From the NCBI RefSeq assembly GCF_009914755.1, contig NC_060935.1: 64,000 bases of DNA. The stretch is one strand, 5' to 3'. Numbering within the stretch: position 1 is the stretch's first letter; each line of letters opens with the position of its first letter. Position numbers and translations under genes: made by a program. The notes under the pieces are model-generated. The model was not told where the DNA came from. It worked only from the letters and a program-made list of their open reading frames with translations, and ran no database searches. Of this stretch, positions 15,070 to 28,290 are shown piece after piece. The stretch comes from the human T2T-CHM13v2.0 reference genome, Homo sapiens.

Positions 15070-15171
15070 CTTTCCAAAGTAATGAGGGAATTTGTGCTGA
15101 TCTTCAATGACATGGGCAAACCCTCCGTGAAGGCCAAAATCCACAGAGAAGTAAGGTAACCCTCTGGGTAC
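15070..15171 (-). CDS. CWF19L2: CWF19L2 penultimate coding exon, 102 bp ([34 protein letters not shown])
   Basis: tttatttag acceptor and GTAGG donor; PYF..F...GFAHVIE motif of CwfJ_C_2. Confidence 0.95.
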
Positions 15172-15779
15172 CTAAATAAACAGACAAATCACAAATGGAA
15201 TACAGTATGAAACCAGAAAGTTATGTTTAATCCCTCCCCTCTTCTCTGGAAGGACAGTAATCTTAAGCATTCCTCAAGACAAATGTATAAAATGAATTTC
15301 CAGTTCTAGAGATATTTAAACAATGACCTAACTTTCTGAGTAAAATATCTCATTTTGGTAGCCTTTCAGCCAGATAGTTCATCATTATCTATGAATTATA
15401 ATCAAAACCAACTATTTTGCTGTCCTTGGGGAAAACCAACGGGGGAAATTATACTTTTAAAAATACAAATGCAAAGAATAATTTCCCTTAGACTACACAA
15501 ATAGAGAATAAGTATATGCCTTCTTGTATTCCACTCACAATGGAGAACAGCAAGAGGGACCTTGCACATACTTAGAGCTCTCCTTGAATCTTTACAGTTA
15601 TATATTTATCAAAGATAAATTATACAAAAACAATCATAATTTTTTACGAGCTGGTGAAGTGGATACAGCAACACTTAGTTTACCAGCCTTATTTCAAAAT
15701 ATCTCCAGGATTAAATCCCTACTGTCTTTTTCTCTCCCTTCCTTACTCTTTCCTTCCCTCCCTCTCTCTTTCTCTCTCT

Positions 15780-15795
15780 ACACACACCCCCCCCA

Positions 15796-15841
<46 letters not shown>
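15780..15841. repeat. (CA)n microsatellite with a C-run interruption
   Basis: Seen directly. Confidence 0.95.
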
Positions 15842-15843
<2 letters not shown>

Positions 15844-16454
15844 TAAACTATTTCATGACTAGGAAAAGCCACAAATTCTTGTTTTCTCTATCAATTAAGT
15901 AGATTTTGTGTCCTTGCAAGTTTTGCTTCAAAGCCCAAACTTTGCCACTAGAAATTATCCAAGTGGGTCAATTTATAGCAACATTTCTCCTCTCTAATTC
16001 CCTCATATAGTCTGTACTTACTTATTTGGGCAGTGAATCACATGGTCCTACTTAACCATACAAATTGTGTATTGTGTCCTTTTTAAAAAGGCACAATGTA
16101 GAAGGGCACAGTATGATATAGTGGAGAGTGGTCACCTTGAAATATTATAAGGCAACTAAAATTAGGGCTTATAAAAAGTTTTTCATGTTATTTAAAAAGC
16201 ACACGTAAAAATCTGTTCACGAAATAGTATATAACATTAAATATGGAGAAATGGGATACCATTTGTGGCTTTAATTTTTCTATATTTCCACATTTTTAAA
16301 TATAATAATCATGTTATGACCTTGACTATTAGGAAAAAACAAAGTAAAGGAGATAGACAAGGCTCCAATTGCAACTCTGATTCTTATAAGTGTGTTACCT
16401 CAGACAAGTTAATTAACATCTCTGAGTCTCATGAGAAACATGAAGAAATGCCCT

Positions 16455-16884
16455 AGTCCTCAATTCGCCATGAATATACTGCCTTAGGTGACAAAAGGGA
16501 CTTTGCAGATATTATTAAGGATCTTGAAATGAGGGGATTTTCCTGGGTTATCCAGATAGGCCCAATGTAATCATAAGGACACTAATAAGAGAGATAGGAA
16601 GGTCAGAGTCAGAGAAAGATGGAAGATACTACACTCTTGGCTTTGAAGATGAAGGAAGGGGCCATAAGCCATGAATGCAGGTGGCTTCTAACAGCTAGAA
16701 AAGGCAAAGGAATGGATTCTTTCTAGGGCCTCCAGAAGGAATGCAGGCATGCTGACACCTTGATTTTAGCCAAAAGAAACCCACTTTGTACTTGCGATCA
16801 CCAGATTTTTGAAATAAATCTATGGCGTTTTAGGCCAATATGTTTGTGGTAATTTCTTACAGCAGCAATAGGAAACCAATATAC
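16455..16884 (+). mobile_element. MLT1D-like MaLR LTR
   Basis: aaagggactttgcagat...ttacagcagcaataggaaaccaataca. Confidence 0.8.
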
Positions 16885-17992
16885 ATGCCAAGGCTCAACA
16901 ACCTATGGCATATTTGCCAAGACGGCACAATGAACACACTACTACTTTCACACAAAGGCAACTGCTGTCACAAGCTTCTCTATTCTCTCCCTGCAGGCTG
17001 CAAAAAGGTACAACCTGCTGCTTGCTAGAAGAGTTGTTAGCAGGCATTGCAAAGGCTCTAGTATCAAAGTGTATGTACATTTAGCACTTCCTTTTTTCTG
17101 CACTGGCCAGTCAGAGGAAATGCATTTGGAACTCTGGCACCACTCTTTAAAGGCACTGACAGAATTAAAGCAAAACTTTTTATTTATGGTAGAAAAATAG
17201 ACATATTTGGATTTTTCACTTTTATTCCAGATGTTACTCCTGACTTCTTATAAGTATCCTTGAATTTGAAGGCCTCTGGTAAACCCACATTCTCGTGAGA
17301 AGTGCTTTCCTTAGTTTAGAACATCAATTTCTAAATGTTGGATGTTTTTTCAATTGCTATAGTTATCACAAAATTAAACTTAAAATACCATTTTTTAAAG
17401 TTCAGAAAGAATTCTCATGCAATCTCACTAAAACAGCCTTGTGAAAAATGACTGCTTTTCTCGACAGTTACTTATTATCATGCAATTCCTCTGCATTGAA
17501 CACTCAGATCTGTTTTTCCTGTTTATTTCCATGAACCTCACATTACACTGAAAAGAAAGCAAATGGGCCAAAGAAAATGAACAAAATGGGCAGATAAAGA
17601 GAAGCTTACCTTCATACAGCAAAGAAAAACATAAATTTGTAAAAATCAGAATGGATTACATATACGTGAATCTCTATTATAAGCCAAGAATTTACACAGT
17701 GAAAAAAAAAAACCACCCCACCCTGAAGGATGCAGGCAAAATATTTCATGAAATTATTAAGGACATAAAGTTTTTAAAAGAAGTATAATAAGGTTCTTTC
17801 AGAAGTAATAATAATGTTAAAATAACTCAGTATTGTTCATTTCATGTTCAAAAATACTTTTATTAATTTTTGAAAAGATAATGGAAAGTTTATTAACCAA
17901 AAAGTGACCTCCTTTGGAATTTTTCTTATACTTATGTACTCTTCTCATTCTTACTTCCATCCACATAATTATAAAATCTTAAAGCTAAAAGG

Positions 17993-18254
17993 GGCTGGGC
18001 GCAGTGGCTCACACCTGTATTCCCAGCACTTTGGGAGGCGGAGGCGGGCAGATCACGAGGTCAGGAGTTCGAGACCAGCCTGACCAACATGGTGAAACCC
18101 TGTCTCCACAAAATACAGAAATTAGCCTGGCGTGGTGGTGCGCTCCTGTATTCCCAGCTACTCAAGAGGCAGACGCAGGAGAATCACTTGAACCTGGGAG
18201 GTGGAGTGATCGTCACTGGGCGACAGAGCTAGACTCTGTCTAAAAAAAAAAAAA
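17993..18254 (+). mobile_element. AluS with a deletion in the right arm
   Basis: Dimer with A-tail; TSD AAAG(C/G)TAAAAGG. Confidence 0.9.
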
Positions 18255-19012
18255 GGTAAAAGGGATCTCAAGAGGTCATCTGGCTCATCCTTCATTGACT
18301 GTAACCCTCAGCTAGTCTCAGATACAATACTATGTGATGCCTTAATAAAGGCAATTGCTGCTATCTTTGAAATCCTTTAAAACTGAATATACAACTGCCA
18401 TTTTTACAGTATCTGTGTTTCTTATGTTTCATAATGTTAAGTTAAAATATTAAGACCTCCTGGCTACTTAATTCAGGTACTCATGGAGCTTTTAAAAAAG
18501 AAACAAATAATAAGATACTAGACATTTCACCAGTAAGAAAATGTATACACAGTATAGAAAACGGGGACTAATAAATCAAATTTTTTTCTCCTTTGAAATA
18601 TTTTCAACTGTCATTAAAACTATGTTGTGAAAGAATACTTAACAGCATGAGAAATTATAACATGAGAAGTGAAAAACGTAGCACAAAAGATGTACGTACA
18701 TTAAATGCCTTTTTCTATAGGCACAAAAAGGAGAGAAGTAAACAGTACATTTAGAGTTTTTGTTTTGTTTTACTTTGTTTTTTAATATGTTGTCTGGCCC
18801 AATTCACCAGCAGAGAAGAGAAAATGATTGTAGATAATGTTGTACCTCTAAAATAAAACTATGTATCTTGAATAATGTAATAAAATGGAATCTTTTGACT
18901 GGAATATAATAAGTGTAATAAGGAATCCTATTAGTTACGTGACATGTAACAGGAGTCTGGCTTTCCAAAAGAAGAAATGGGGGAGAAGTATTCCAGTGAC
19001 ACCTACTAGAAT

Positions 19013-19235
19013 AGGGACTGGCAAACTTTTTCTGAAAAGGACCACATAATAAAATACTTTAGGCTTCGCAGGTCATACGTTCTCTGTAGGGACTACTCAA
19101 ATCTGCCCTTGTACCATGAAAGCAGCCATAAGCAATACCTAAGCAAATGAGTGTGGCTGTGTTCCAATAAAAGTGCATTTACACAAACAGGCAGAAGACT
19201 GGGTTTAGCATGCAGGGCTTGAGTTGCCAACCCCA
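19013..19235. mobile_element. MER58A-like hAT-Charlie MITE
   Basis: gggactggcaaac ... gttgccaacccc terminal inverted repeats. Confidence 0.75.
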
Positions 19236-20033
19236 GCACTAGACTATAATCTCCATCAAGTCTGGAATCTTTCTGTTTTGTTCCACTGTGTACCAAAAGC
19301 ATCTTGAACAATGCCTGGTAAATATCAGGCACACAATAAATATTTGTAGAATAAACTACTTTTTGAATAGAAAAACAAAAACGAACCACACTTCTATTAA
19401 ATCTCTATTCCATTCCATTTAATTTGTATTTCTAGAAAAGAGAAAAAATCATTACCAGACGTGCTCAACTTAAGTGTAACTTGTACATAAAAGCTGATCT
19501 ACAAATAAAGATTAAACTATGAGGTATGATTAGGCAAGTCTCCAAAAGAACCCACAATCTAACTCAACTACTATTTTATAGTTTTATAGGAACATAATAG
19601 TGAACCTTTGTATAAGAAAAAGAAAATGAGTTCCAAATTCAAAATGGAACATCTAGGAAAATTTTTCTCTCAGTATAATTGCAGAACAATATATTTCAGG
19701 AAGGCCCTTCTCACCATTTGTCCCACAGGGGCTGAGAAGCTCACCACAGCAGTTCTCACGGCAGACTCTAATAGCTGCCATAGCCAATTATAGGGACTAC
19801 AGTGGCAGAAGGCCAAAGGTCAGGAAGAAACATTCATGTGAACAAATAAAAACCCTCTACAAACAAATAAGCATTTTCTAGACCAGGTAGGATAAAAATA
19901 ACTTCATTTGTCGAACTAGTAATTTCGCCTTCAGTCACTCAACCAAATGGTCCCTTTGTCAACTAAGACATGGAAATTAATAAAGATCCTGAGCACTAGG
20001 GTAATTTCTTTTACCAGGAAAAAACATACTTAC

Positions 20034-20114
20034 AGACTTTCTGATATCTTTTGAAGAGAGATCTATCAACTTCTTGTTCATGGACCACTCTTCATCAGAT
20101 TCCATTATGGCTTT
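20034..20114 (-). CDS. CWF19L2: CWF19L2 coding exon, 81 bp ([27 protein letters not shown])
   Basis: atttcttag acceptor and GTAAGT donor; in frame with both neighbours. Confidence 0.95.
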
Positions 20115-21092
20115 CTAAGAAATATCCATTTGTTAAGTGAAAAAAGAACATGTAAGTAAATAAAAAGAAACAGCTTATAACAAGTAATATAGCAAATTAA
20201 TTATGGGGTATATTATACATAGTAAGCCATTATTCTGAACTGATTAAGGCTTTTAGTTATTTAAAATAAGAACTTCTTAAATTTTTGAAATCTTACCATT
20301 AGCCAAAGATAATATTCTTTTACTCATTCTTAACTGTTATACTAACTTGAGCTCAACTTTACATGGCAATCCTTAATAAGACCAATCAATTTAATATGAA
20401 ACATAATTTGTGATCATAAAGTTCCATTTATAGCACTGCATTCATAGAGATTACTAAATAAATTCATTTAGTTTTACTGCTCTTCTTCCAAAAGGCAACA
20501 GAGTAATTTACATGTTTTCTAGCAACCAAGGTCTTGAACTATTTCTGCTCATATAATGAAGAAGTAAAAATACAGGAAAAAAAATGTGCTCTAGAAAATA
20601 AAGCCTATTTTTTAAAAGTCCAGGAAGCATAAGTCTATTTCAAGCAGATAGCAACTTAACTTTGATTGCATGCAACTCAATGCTTTTATTTACCCCTCAC
20701 ACATTTTATGTTTTTGATGTCAGAATTTATATAACTATAATTTGTCAATTTGTAATTTAAAAAATAAGAATTTTTTAAAATGTAGGGAGAAAATACATAG
20801 AAATGGAGTAAGACTTCCTATGCTAAGCAATGTGACTACTATTTATGGTAAAGAAATATTTAAAAGAAAGAAAAGCCAGAGTGATAAATATAAAATAACC
20901 TCATGTTTTTACAGTATTGTTATTAATGAAGCAAATTTTAAAGATAAAATAACATTCAAATAAGTTCTATTTAAATAGAACAGATACAGTGCTATTACCT
21001 ATTTAAAAGGCACCAGTTGCTTGGCTTGACACTGTAATATAGCACATTCAATATAAAAGCATCTTCAATGATCACATAAAAGGTTTAGTGTA

Positions 21093-21330
21093 GGCCAGGT
21101 GCAGTGGCTCACGCCTATAATTCCAGCACTTTGGGAGGCTGAGGCGGGCAGATCACGAGGTCAAGAGATCGAGACCATCCTGGCCAACATGGTGAAACCC
21201 CATCTCTACTAAAAATACAAAAAATTAGCTGGGCGTAGTGGTGCATGCCTGTAGTCCCAACTACTCAGGAGGCTGAGACAGGAGAATTGCTTGAATCCAG
21301 GAGGCAGAAGTTGCAGTGAGCCAAGATCAG
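21093..21330 (+). mobile_element. AluS (Sc-like), 3' end missing
   Basis: Runs from the Alu 5' end to gagccaagatc; no tail. Confidence 0.9.
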
Positions 21331-21581
21331 GCTCTGTCACCCAGGCTGGAGTGCAGTGGTGCCATCACAGCTTACTGCAACCTCCGCCTCCTGGGTTGAA
21401 GTGATTCTCCTGCCTCAGCCTCCTGAGTAGCTGGGACTACAGGTGCCCACCACCATGCCCAGTTAATTTTTGTATTTTTAGTGAAGATGGGGTTTTATCA
21501 TGTTGGCCAGGCTGGTCTTGAAGTCCTGACCTCAGGTGATCTCCCCACCTTGGCCTTCCAAGTGAGGCACTGTGCCCGGCC
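21331..21581 (-). mobile_element. AluS (Sx-like), tail missing, abutting the previous Alu in inverted orientation
   Basis: gctctgtcacccaggctggag ... gcccggcc. Confidence 0.9.
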
Positions 21582-21710
21582 TATTTCATTTCTTTATATA
21601 AATTTTGATGTAAGTATATAGGAGAAAAATATGTTAATAAAGACAACAATATTTGTAAAATAGCACTATAGCAAAAAATAAGTGTATATGCAAAGACTAC
21701 TTATAAACAC

Positions 21711-21866
21711 CTTAAAATAGATGGGAGCCATGTCACCCACTTCCTTGGGAAGAGGAATACATTCATAAACCATGTGATACTGTTTCTTCATGCTCATATT
21801 AGTTTCCAAAAAAATGCAGTCTAATCCTTTATCTTCAAACATCTTTACCAATGATTTTCTGAACAT
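21711..21866 (-). CDS. CWF19L2: CWF19L2 coding exon, 156 bp ([10 protein letters not shown]...DMAPIYFK)
   Basis: T12-AG acceptor and GT donor at 21710-21709; matches ORF 21666..21866; 52 codons, phase 0/0. Confidence 0.95.
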
Positions 21867-22510
21867 CTAAAAAAAAAAAAGAACTAGGTAAAGAAAACAC
21901 TTAAAGGAGATTCAAAATCAAGCATATTCAAGATATTTGAAATATGAAAACTTTAATAAAAAAGTACAAATCCCTTTAAAATGAAAAATAAATAAAATAA
22001 ACAGTAATATCTGAACTCTGCAATGTTATAGTTACTTTACTTTCTAAATCTACTATATAATTTCATATATTTAAGCAAGACTTTTAAAAAAACTGAAACC
22101 CACTATGTATATATTAGAAATAGTTTCAGTAAAATGAGAGAAAGAAGTGATAAAAATCAAATTTAGGTGGTAAAATATGCAGAACTGACAGAACAATCAT
22201 AGGAAAATATCCATAAGCCAAAAGAGATACTCTGAGCAGATGGGCATCCTTAAACTCAGAAATACATGAGAATTCACTTCCAATTGTTTTCCTATGCTCA
22301 TAGCATCTGCATTTGTTGGTTCCCTATGTCTGCTGACCCATCACTAATAACCTTGTATATTCAGGTAGTCCTCTATTTTCACATATAATGCAGTCCTATA
22401 AAGCATATGAAAGCCAAATACACTAAAGTTGAAAAGTAATAGGGTTTTCTCTTCCCAAGGAACTAAGTATTATTATACAACTATACACACAAATATAATC
22501 AGTTGTGGAG

Positions 22511-22517
22511 GTGTGTG

Positions 22518-22563
<46 letters not shown>
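22511..22563. repeat. (TG)n microsatellite
   Basis: Seen directly. Confidence 0.95.
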
Positions 22564-22565
<2 letters not shown>

Positions 22566-22785
22566 TTCACACTCCTAGGCCTAAAGGGCAGCTGTTTGTA
22601 GAGGGTGACTGAATAGAGCTGAGTGGTCCAGGATGTCTGCATGCATTCACATGACACCCCCTGTAGTACAGGATGGAGCTAGGGATCGAAAGAAAGGGGA
22701 ACAGGCTGAAGGCTGGATGCCAGAGCCCAGCTCCGTCCACATCACCATGTCTTACTGTGAACCCCTCAAGCTGTCTAAGAATTCT

Positions 22786-22869
22786 GGATGAGCGCGGTGG
22801 CTCATGCCTGTAATCCCAGCACTTTGGGAGGCCGAGGTGGGTAGGTCACCTGAGATCAGGAGTTCAAGA
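22786..22869 (+). mobile_element. 3'-truncated tailless Alu (first ~84 nt) flanked by an 18-bp direct repeat
   Basis: TCAAG(C/T)TGTCTAAGAATT at 22766-22783 and 22870-22887. Confidence 0.8.
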
Positions 22870-23205
22870 TCAAGTTGTCTAAGAATTTTAAACTAAAGTT
22901 GGCCTTGTAAGAGTTTATGAAAGTATATTTAAGTAGGAAGATAAAATGTATTTTATTTAGATTTGTCAGCTTGATTTATAACTTTTTAATATTTTATTTA
23001 AACATTTTGTTTTGAGGTAATTACAGATCACATGTAGTTATAAGAAATAATACAGAGAGATCCCATGTATGCTTTACTCAGTTTCCCCAAGGTAACATCT
23101 TATAAAACTATACTATAATATCACAACCAGGATATTGACATTGATATAGTCAACACTGAGAGCAATTCCAACACTGTCCATAAAGATCTTCTGTTACCCT
23201 TTTAC

Positions 23206-23390
23206 TTTCTCTTCTCCTTTTATTTTTAGAGATGTGGTTATGCTATGTTGCCCAGGCTGAAGTACCAGTGGCTATTCACAGGTGTGATCATAGCACACTA
23301 CAACCTCGTCGTACTCAGGCTCAAGCAGTCCTCCCCCATTAGCCACCTGAGTAGCTACTCAGGGACTAAAGGTGCACCACCATGGCCAGC
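23206..23390 (-). mobile_element. FAM-like fossil Alu monomer
   Basis: 7SL-like cagtggctattcacaggtgtgatc; TSD CTGTTACCCTTTTAC. Confidence 0.8.
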
Positions 23391-23544
23391 TCCTGTTACC
23401 CTTTTACAGTCACAGTCATTCCACACCCTATCCAGTCCTCATTCCCTTCTTCTACCTTCCCCTTAATGTGTTCCTGATTTCTTTAATTCTGACATTTCAA
23501 GAATGTTACATGAATAGAACCATGTAATCTTTTGAGGTAGGCTT

Positions 23545-24258
23545 TTTTCTTTTTTTTTCTTCAACTGTTACTTTAAGTTCTAGGATACATGTGCAGGATG
23601 TGCATGTTTGTTACATAGGTAAACGTGTGCCATGGTGGTTTGCTGCACAGATCATCCCGTTACCTAGGTATTAAACCTAGCAACCATCAGTTATTCTTCC
23701 TGATGCTCTCCCTCCTCCCACCTCCCACCCACCGACAGGCTCCAGTGTGTGTTGTTCCCCACCACCATGTGTCCAGGTGTTCTCATCATTTAGCTCCCAT
23801 TTATAAGAAAGACCATGTGGTGTGTGGTTTTCTGTTCTGGCATTAGCTTGCTAAGGATAATGGCTTCCAACTCCATCCATGTCCCTGCAAAGGACATGAT
23901 CTCATTCCTTTTTATGGCTGCATAGTATTGCATGGTGTATATGTACCACATTTTTTTATCCAGTCTATCATTGATGGGCATTTAGGTTGATTCCATGTGT
24001 TTGCTATTGTGAATAGTGCTGCAATGAACACATGTGTGCATGTATCTTTATAACAGAATGAATTATATTCCTTTGGGTATATACCCAGTAATGGAATTGC
24101 TGGGTCAAATGGTATGCCTCTAGGTCTTTGAGGAATTGCCACACTGTTTTCCACAATGGTTGAACAAATTTACACTCCCACAAACAGTGTATAAGCGTTC
24201 CTTTTTCTCTACAACCTCACCAGCATCTGTTGTTTTTTGACTTTTTAATAGTAGCCAT
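23545..24258 (-). mobile_element. 5'-truncated older L1PA 3' end
   Basis: T-tail, 3' UTR and ORF2 C-terminal peptides in minus ORFs ([17 protein letters not shown]); TSD TAGGCTTTTTT. Confidence 0.88.
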
Positions 24259-24818
24259 TAGGCTTTTTTCAATTAGCATATTCTCTGGAGATCCACCCAG
24301 GTTGTTTCATGCATCAACAATTCATTCTTTTTCATTGCTGGGAGTATTCCTGATATGGATGTGCCCAGTATGTTTAACCATACACCTTTACAGAATATCT
24401 GGGGTGTTTCCAGTTTTTAATTATTACAAATAAAGCTGCTATGAACATTTGTGCACAGGTTTTTGGGGAAATATAACTCCATTTCTCTGGAATAAATGCC
24501 AAGAAGTGCAAGAGTTGAGTCCTATGATAGTTGCATATTTCATATTTTTAAAAACTGCCAAACTGTTTTCCAAAGTGGTCATACTATTTTACATTTCTAC
24601 CATTAACAGAAGAGCAATTCTGTTTCTCCATATCCTGGCCAGCATCTGGGGTTGTCAATGTGTTTTATTTGACATTTTGATAGGTCTAATTTATCACTGT
24701 GATTTTAATTTGCATTTTCCTAAGGGCCAATGATATTAAATATCATTTTTATATGCTTATTTGCCATCTATTAATATAGATCCTCTTCAGCAAAATGTTT
24801 CATGATGTTGTTTATCCC

Positions 24819-25120
24819 TTTTTTTTTTTTTTTTTTGAGATGGAGTCTCGCTCTGTCACCTAGGCTAGAGTGCAGTGGTGCGATCTCAACTCCCTGAAGA
24901 CTCTGCCTCCCAGGTTCGGGTGATTCTCCCGCCTTGGCCCCCCCACAACAGCTGGGATTACAGGTGTGCACTACCATGCCTGGCTAATTTTTGTATTTTT
25001 AGTAGAGTCAAGGTTTCGCCATGTTGGCCAGGCTGGTCTCAAACTGCTGACCTGAGGTGATCCACCTGCCTCAGCCTCCCAAAGTCCTGAGATTACAGGC
25101 GTGAGGCACTGCGCTCAGCC
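24819..25120 (-). mobile_element. AluSx-like
   Basis: Full dimer with T-tail. Confidence 0.92.
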
Positions 25121-26069
25121 AATTTCCTAATTGGATTGTTTTCACTGTTTTGACATTCTAGATATAAAAATATTCTTTATATATTCTAGATACAAATCCA
25201 TTGCCAGGTATGTGGTTTGCAAATATTTTCTCCTAGTTTATAATTTGTCTTTTCATCTTCATATCAGAGTATTTTGCAGAACAAAAGTTTTTAATTTGAC
25301 AAAGCTCAATTTATCAATTTTTGTTTCCATGGATTATACTTTTGGTGTCAAGTCAAAGAACTCTGTGTACCCAAGATCTTGACAATTTTATCTTGTTTTT
25401 CTCCCAAAAGTTTTATAGTTTTGTACCTTACATTGGAGTGCTGTGCTCCACTTTACACTGGAGGGCTGTGTGCCGTTTTGAGTTAATATTTATATAAGGT
25501 ATGAGGTTTAAGCTGATACTCAAGTTTTTTGCTATGCATGTCCAATTGCTCCAGCACCATTCACTGAAAAGGCTATCCCTTTTACACTGAATTGCTTTTG
25601 CACCTTTGTCAAATTCAGTTGAGAATATTTGGTTGTGTCTATTTCTGGGTTGTCTATTTGGTTTAATTAATCTATATGTCTATCCCTCCACCAATATCAC
25701 ATAGTCTTGATTACTGTAGATATGTAATAATCTTGCTTATTATACATCTCCAGTAATCAGGTAAGGCTGATTCTTGCAACTGTATTCTTCTTGTTCAAAA
25801 TTATTTTCACTATTTTGGTTCCTTTGCCTTTCCATATAAAGTTTAGAATAATTCTATCTATACCTACAAAAAAATCTTGCTGGCACTTAGATAAAAATTG
25901 TGTTAAACTAGTATATTAATTTGAGGAAGACTGTCATCTTTACTATGTTGACTCTCCTAATCCATAAACATGATATATCTACATTTATCTTATTTTTGAA
26001 ATTTCTCTTAACAGTGTTTTGTAGTTTTTAGCATACAAAATATGGACACGTTTTGTTAGATTTGTACCT

Positions 26070-26440
26070 TCGTCCATCCTCAGTATTTGTGGATTCCATA
26101 TTTACAAATTTGTCTTCCAAATCAATTCTCATGGCATTTTTGAGATCTTTTACAGACAACTGCAGAGTGGTGAAAAAGTTGAGTCATCCGACATACACCT
26201 TCCCAACCAAAGTTGAACAAAGCAATGGTCTGCCCTGTTTCAGTTCTCAATGTAAACAAGTGTGCTTTCCAGGGTCTATTTAGTGCCACATTTCCACATA
26301 TTTGTGCTTTTTGTTTTTGATTTCTCTGTTCAAACTGGACCCTAAGCACATTACTGAAGTGCCATCTGGTGTTCCTTAGCACAACATTGTGATGTGATGT
26401 GCCTTATGGAGAGAACAAACTTTAGATAAGCTTCCTTCCG
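26070..26440. mobile_element. TcMar-Tigger-type DNA transposon fragment
   Basis: atcctcagtatttgtggattccatatttacaaatt...gtgccttatggaga pattern. Confidence 0.55.
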
Positions 26441-27373
26441 GCAGTCTTTAATCTTTGATTTTGAGAGTTTTTATCATAAATGAGTAGGAATTTCATCAAA
26501 TGCTTTTTCTTCATTGATTGATATGAACATGGTGGATTATAATGATTTATTATCTAATATTGAACCAGTCTTTCATACTTGGTATAAGCCCTACTTGGAC
26601 ATAGTGTGTTATTGTTTTTATATATTGCCAAACTCTATTTGCTAATATTTTGTTGATAATTTTTACATCTCTATTCACATAGGATATTGAGTTGTAGCTA
26701 TTTTATTTAACTGTCTTGTGGTATGAGGATAACACTAACTTACGGTATCAGGATAATACAAACTCCCAATATGAATGAATTGGAAAGTGTTCTTTCCTCA
26801 AGAGATTATATAAAATTGGTGTCAATTCTTTAAAAGTTTCATAAAATTCTCCAATGAAACCATCTGGGTTTGGAGATTTAATTTTTTAGAAGTTTTACAT
26901 TATGAAGTCTACTTCCTTATTAGTTAAAAGATTGTTCAAATTGTCTATTTCATATTGAGTGTGTTGTAACAGTTTGCATTTCAAGGAACTGGTCCATTAC
27001 ATCCAGAGTTGTTCATATTATTCCCTTATTATCTTTTTGATGACTGCAAAATCTGTACTAATACTGTTTTATTTCTGATATTGGTAACTTGTTTTTTCTC
27101 ATTTTTTTTCCTTTGTTGGTCTTGCTGGAAGTTTATTAATTTATTTTTTTAAAAACCCCAACTTTTGTTTCATTGATTTTCTCTATGATTTTTCTGTTTT
27201 CAATTTCATTGATTTCTGCTCTTATCTTTATTATTTCTGTCCTTTTGCTTGCTTTGGATGTACTTTGCTCTTCTTTTTCTAGGTTCTTGAGGTGAAGGTT
27301 TTTCCTCTTTTCTATAAGTATTTAGTGCTATAAATTTCTCTCTCGGCACTCCCTTAGCTGTCCCTCATAAATC

Positions 27374-27598
27374 TTAACATGTTGTAATTTCATTGTAATT
27401 CAATTAGATTATTATTTCTTAAATTTCTCCTGAAACTTCTTTTTAAAGTTGTTGAATAATACACTATTGAAGTGTATTATTTAATTTAACATGTTGTAAT
27501 TTCATTGTAATTCAATTAGATTATTATTTCTTAAATTTCTCCTGAAACTTCTTTTTAAAGTTGTTCCATAATACACTATTGAAGTGTATTATTTAATT
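27374..27598. repeat. Tandem duplication, 2 x 112 bp
   Basis: Copies start at 27374 and 27486 and differ only at GA/CC. Confidence 0.95.
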
Positions 27599-27814
27599 TC
27601 CAAGTATTTGGGAATTTTTTGATTATCTTTCTGTTATTAATTTCTAGTTTGATTCCACTGTGATCAGAGAATGCACTCTGTATGATTTCAATTGTTTTAA
27701 ATTTGCTGAGATTAGTTTTGTGGCAAGATAGAGTCTATGCTCTGAAAAAAATGTTTTCTAATATTGTTAAGTGGAGTGTTATACAAATATTGATTAAATC
27801 CTGCTGACTGATGG

Positions 27815-28290
27815 TTATAGCAGGCTGACTAATGGCCCCCAAGATATCCAGGTCCTATTCCCAAGAACCTAACAACATTACCATATATGGCATAAGAGAC
27901 TTTTCAGATATAACTAAGAATCTTGATACAGGAAGATTATCCTGGATTGCCTGGGTATATCTTAAATGTAATTAAAAGTTTCCTTATAAGAGGGAGGCAG
28001 AGCAAGTTGTGACTGAAGAAGAGGAGAAGGCAATATGATGACAGAAGCAGAGACGGAAATGATGTAGCCACAAGCCAAGAAATGCTGGCAGCCCCTAGAA
28101 ACTAGAAGAGGTAAGGAATAGATTCTCTTCCAGAGTCTCCAGAAGGAACCAGTCCAGTAGATACCTTGATTTTAGCCCCATAAGACTCACTTGGAATCTG
28201 ATCTCCAGAACCATAAGAAAATACACTTCTACAGTTTTAAGGCACCATCTCTGTGGCAATTTGTTACAGCAACAATAGGAAACTAGTGCA
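27815..28290 (+). mobile_element. MLT1D-like MaLR LTR
   Basis: aatggcccccaagatatccaggtcc...ttgttacagcaacaataggaaactagtgca. Confidence 0.82.
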
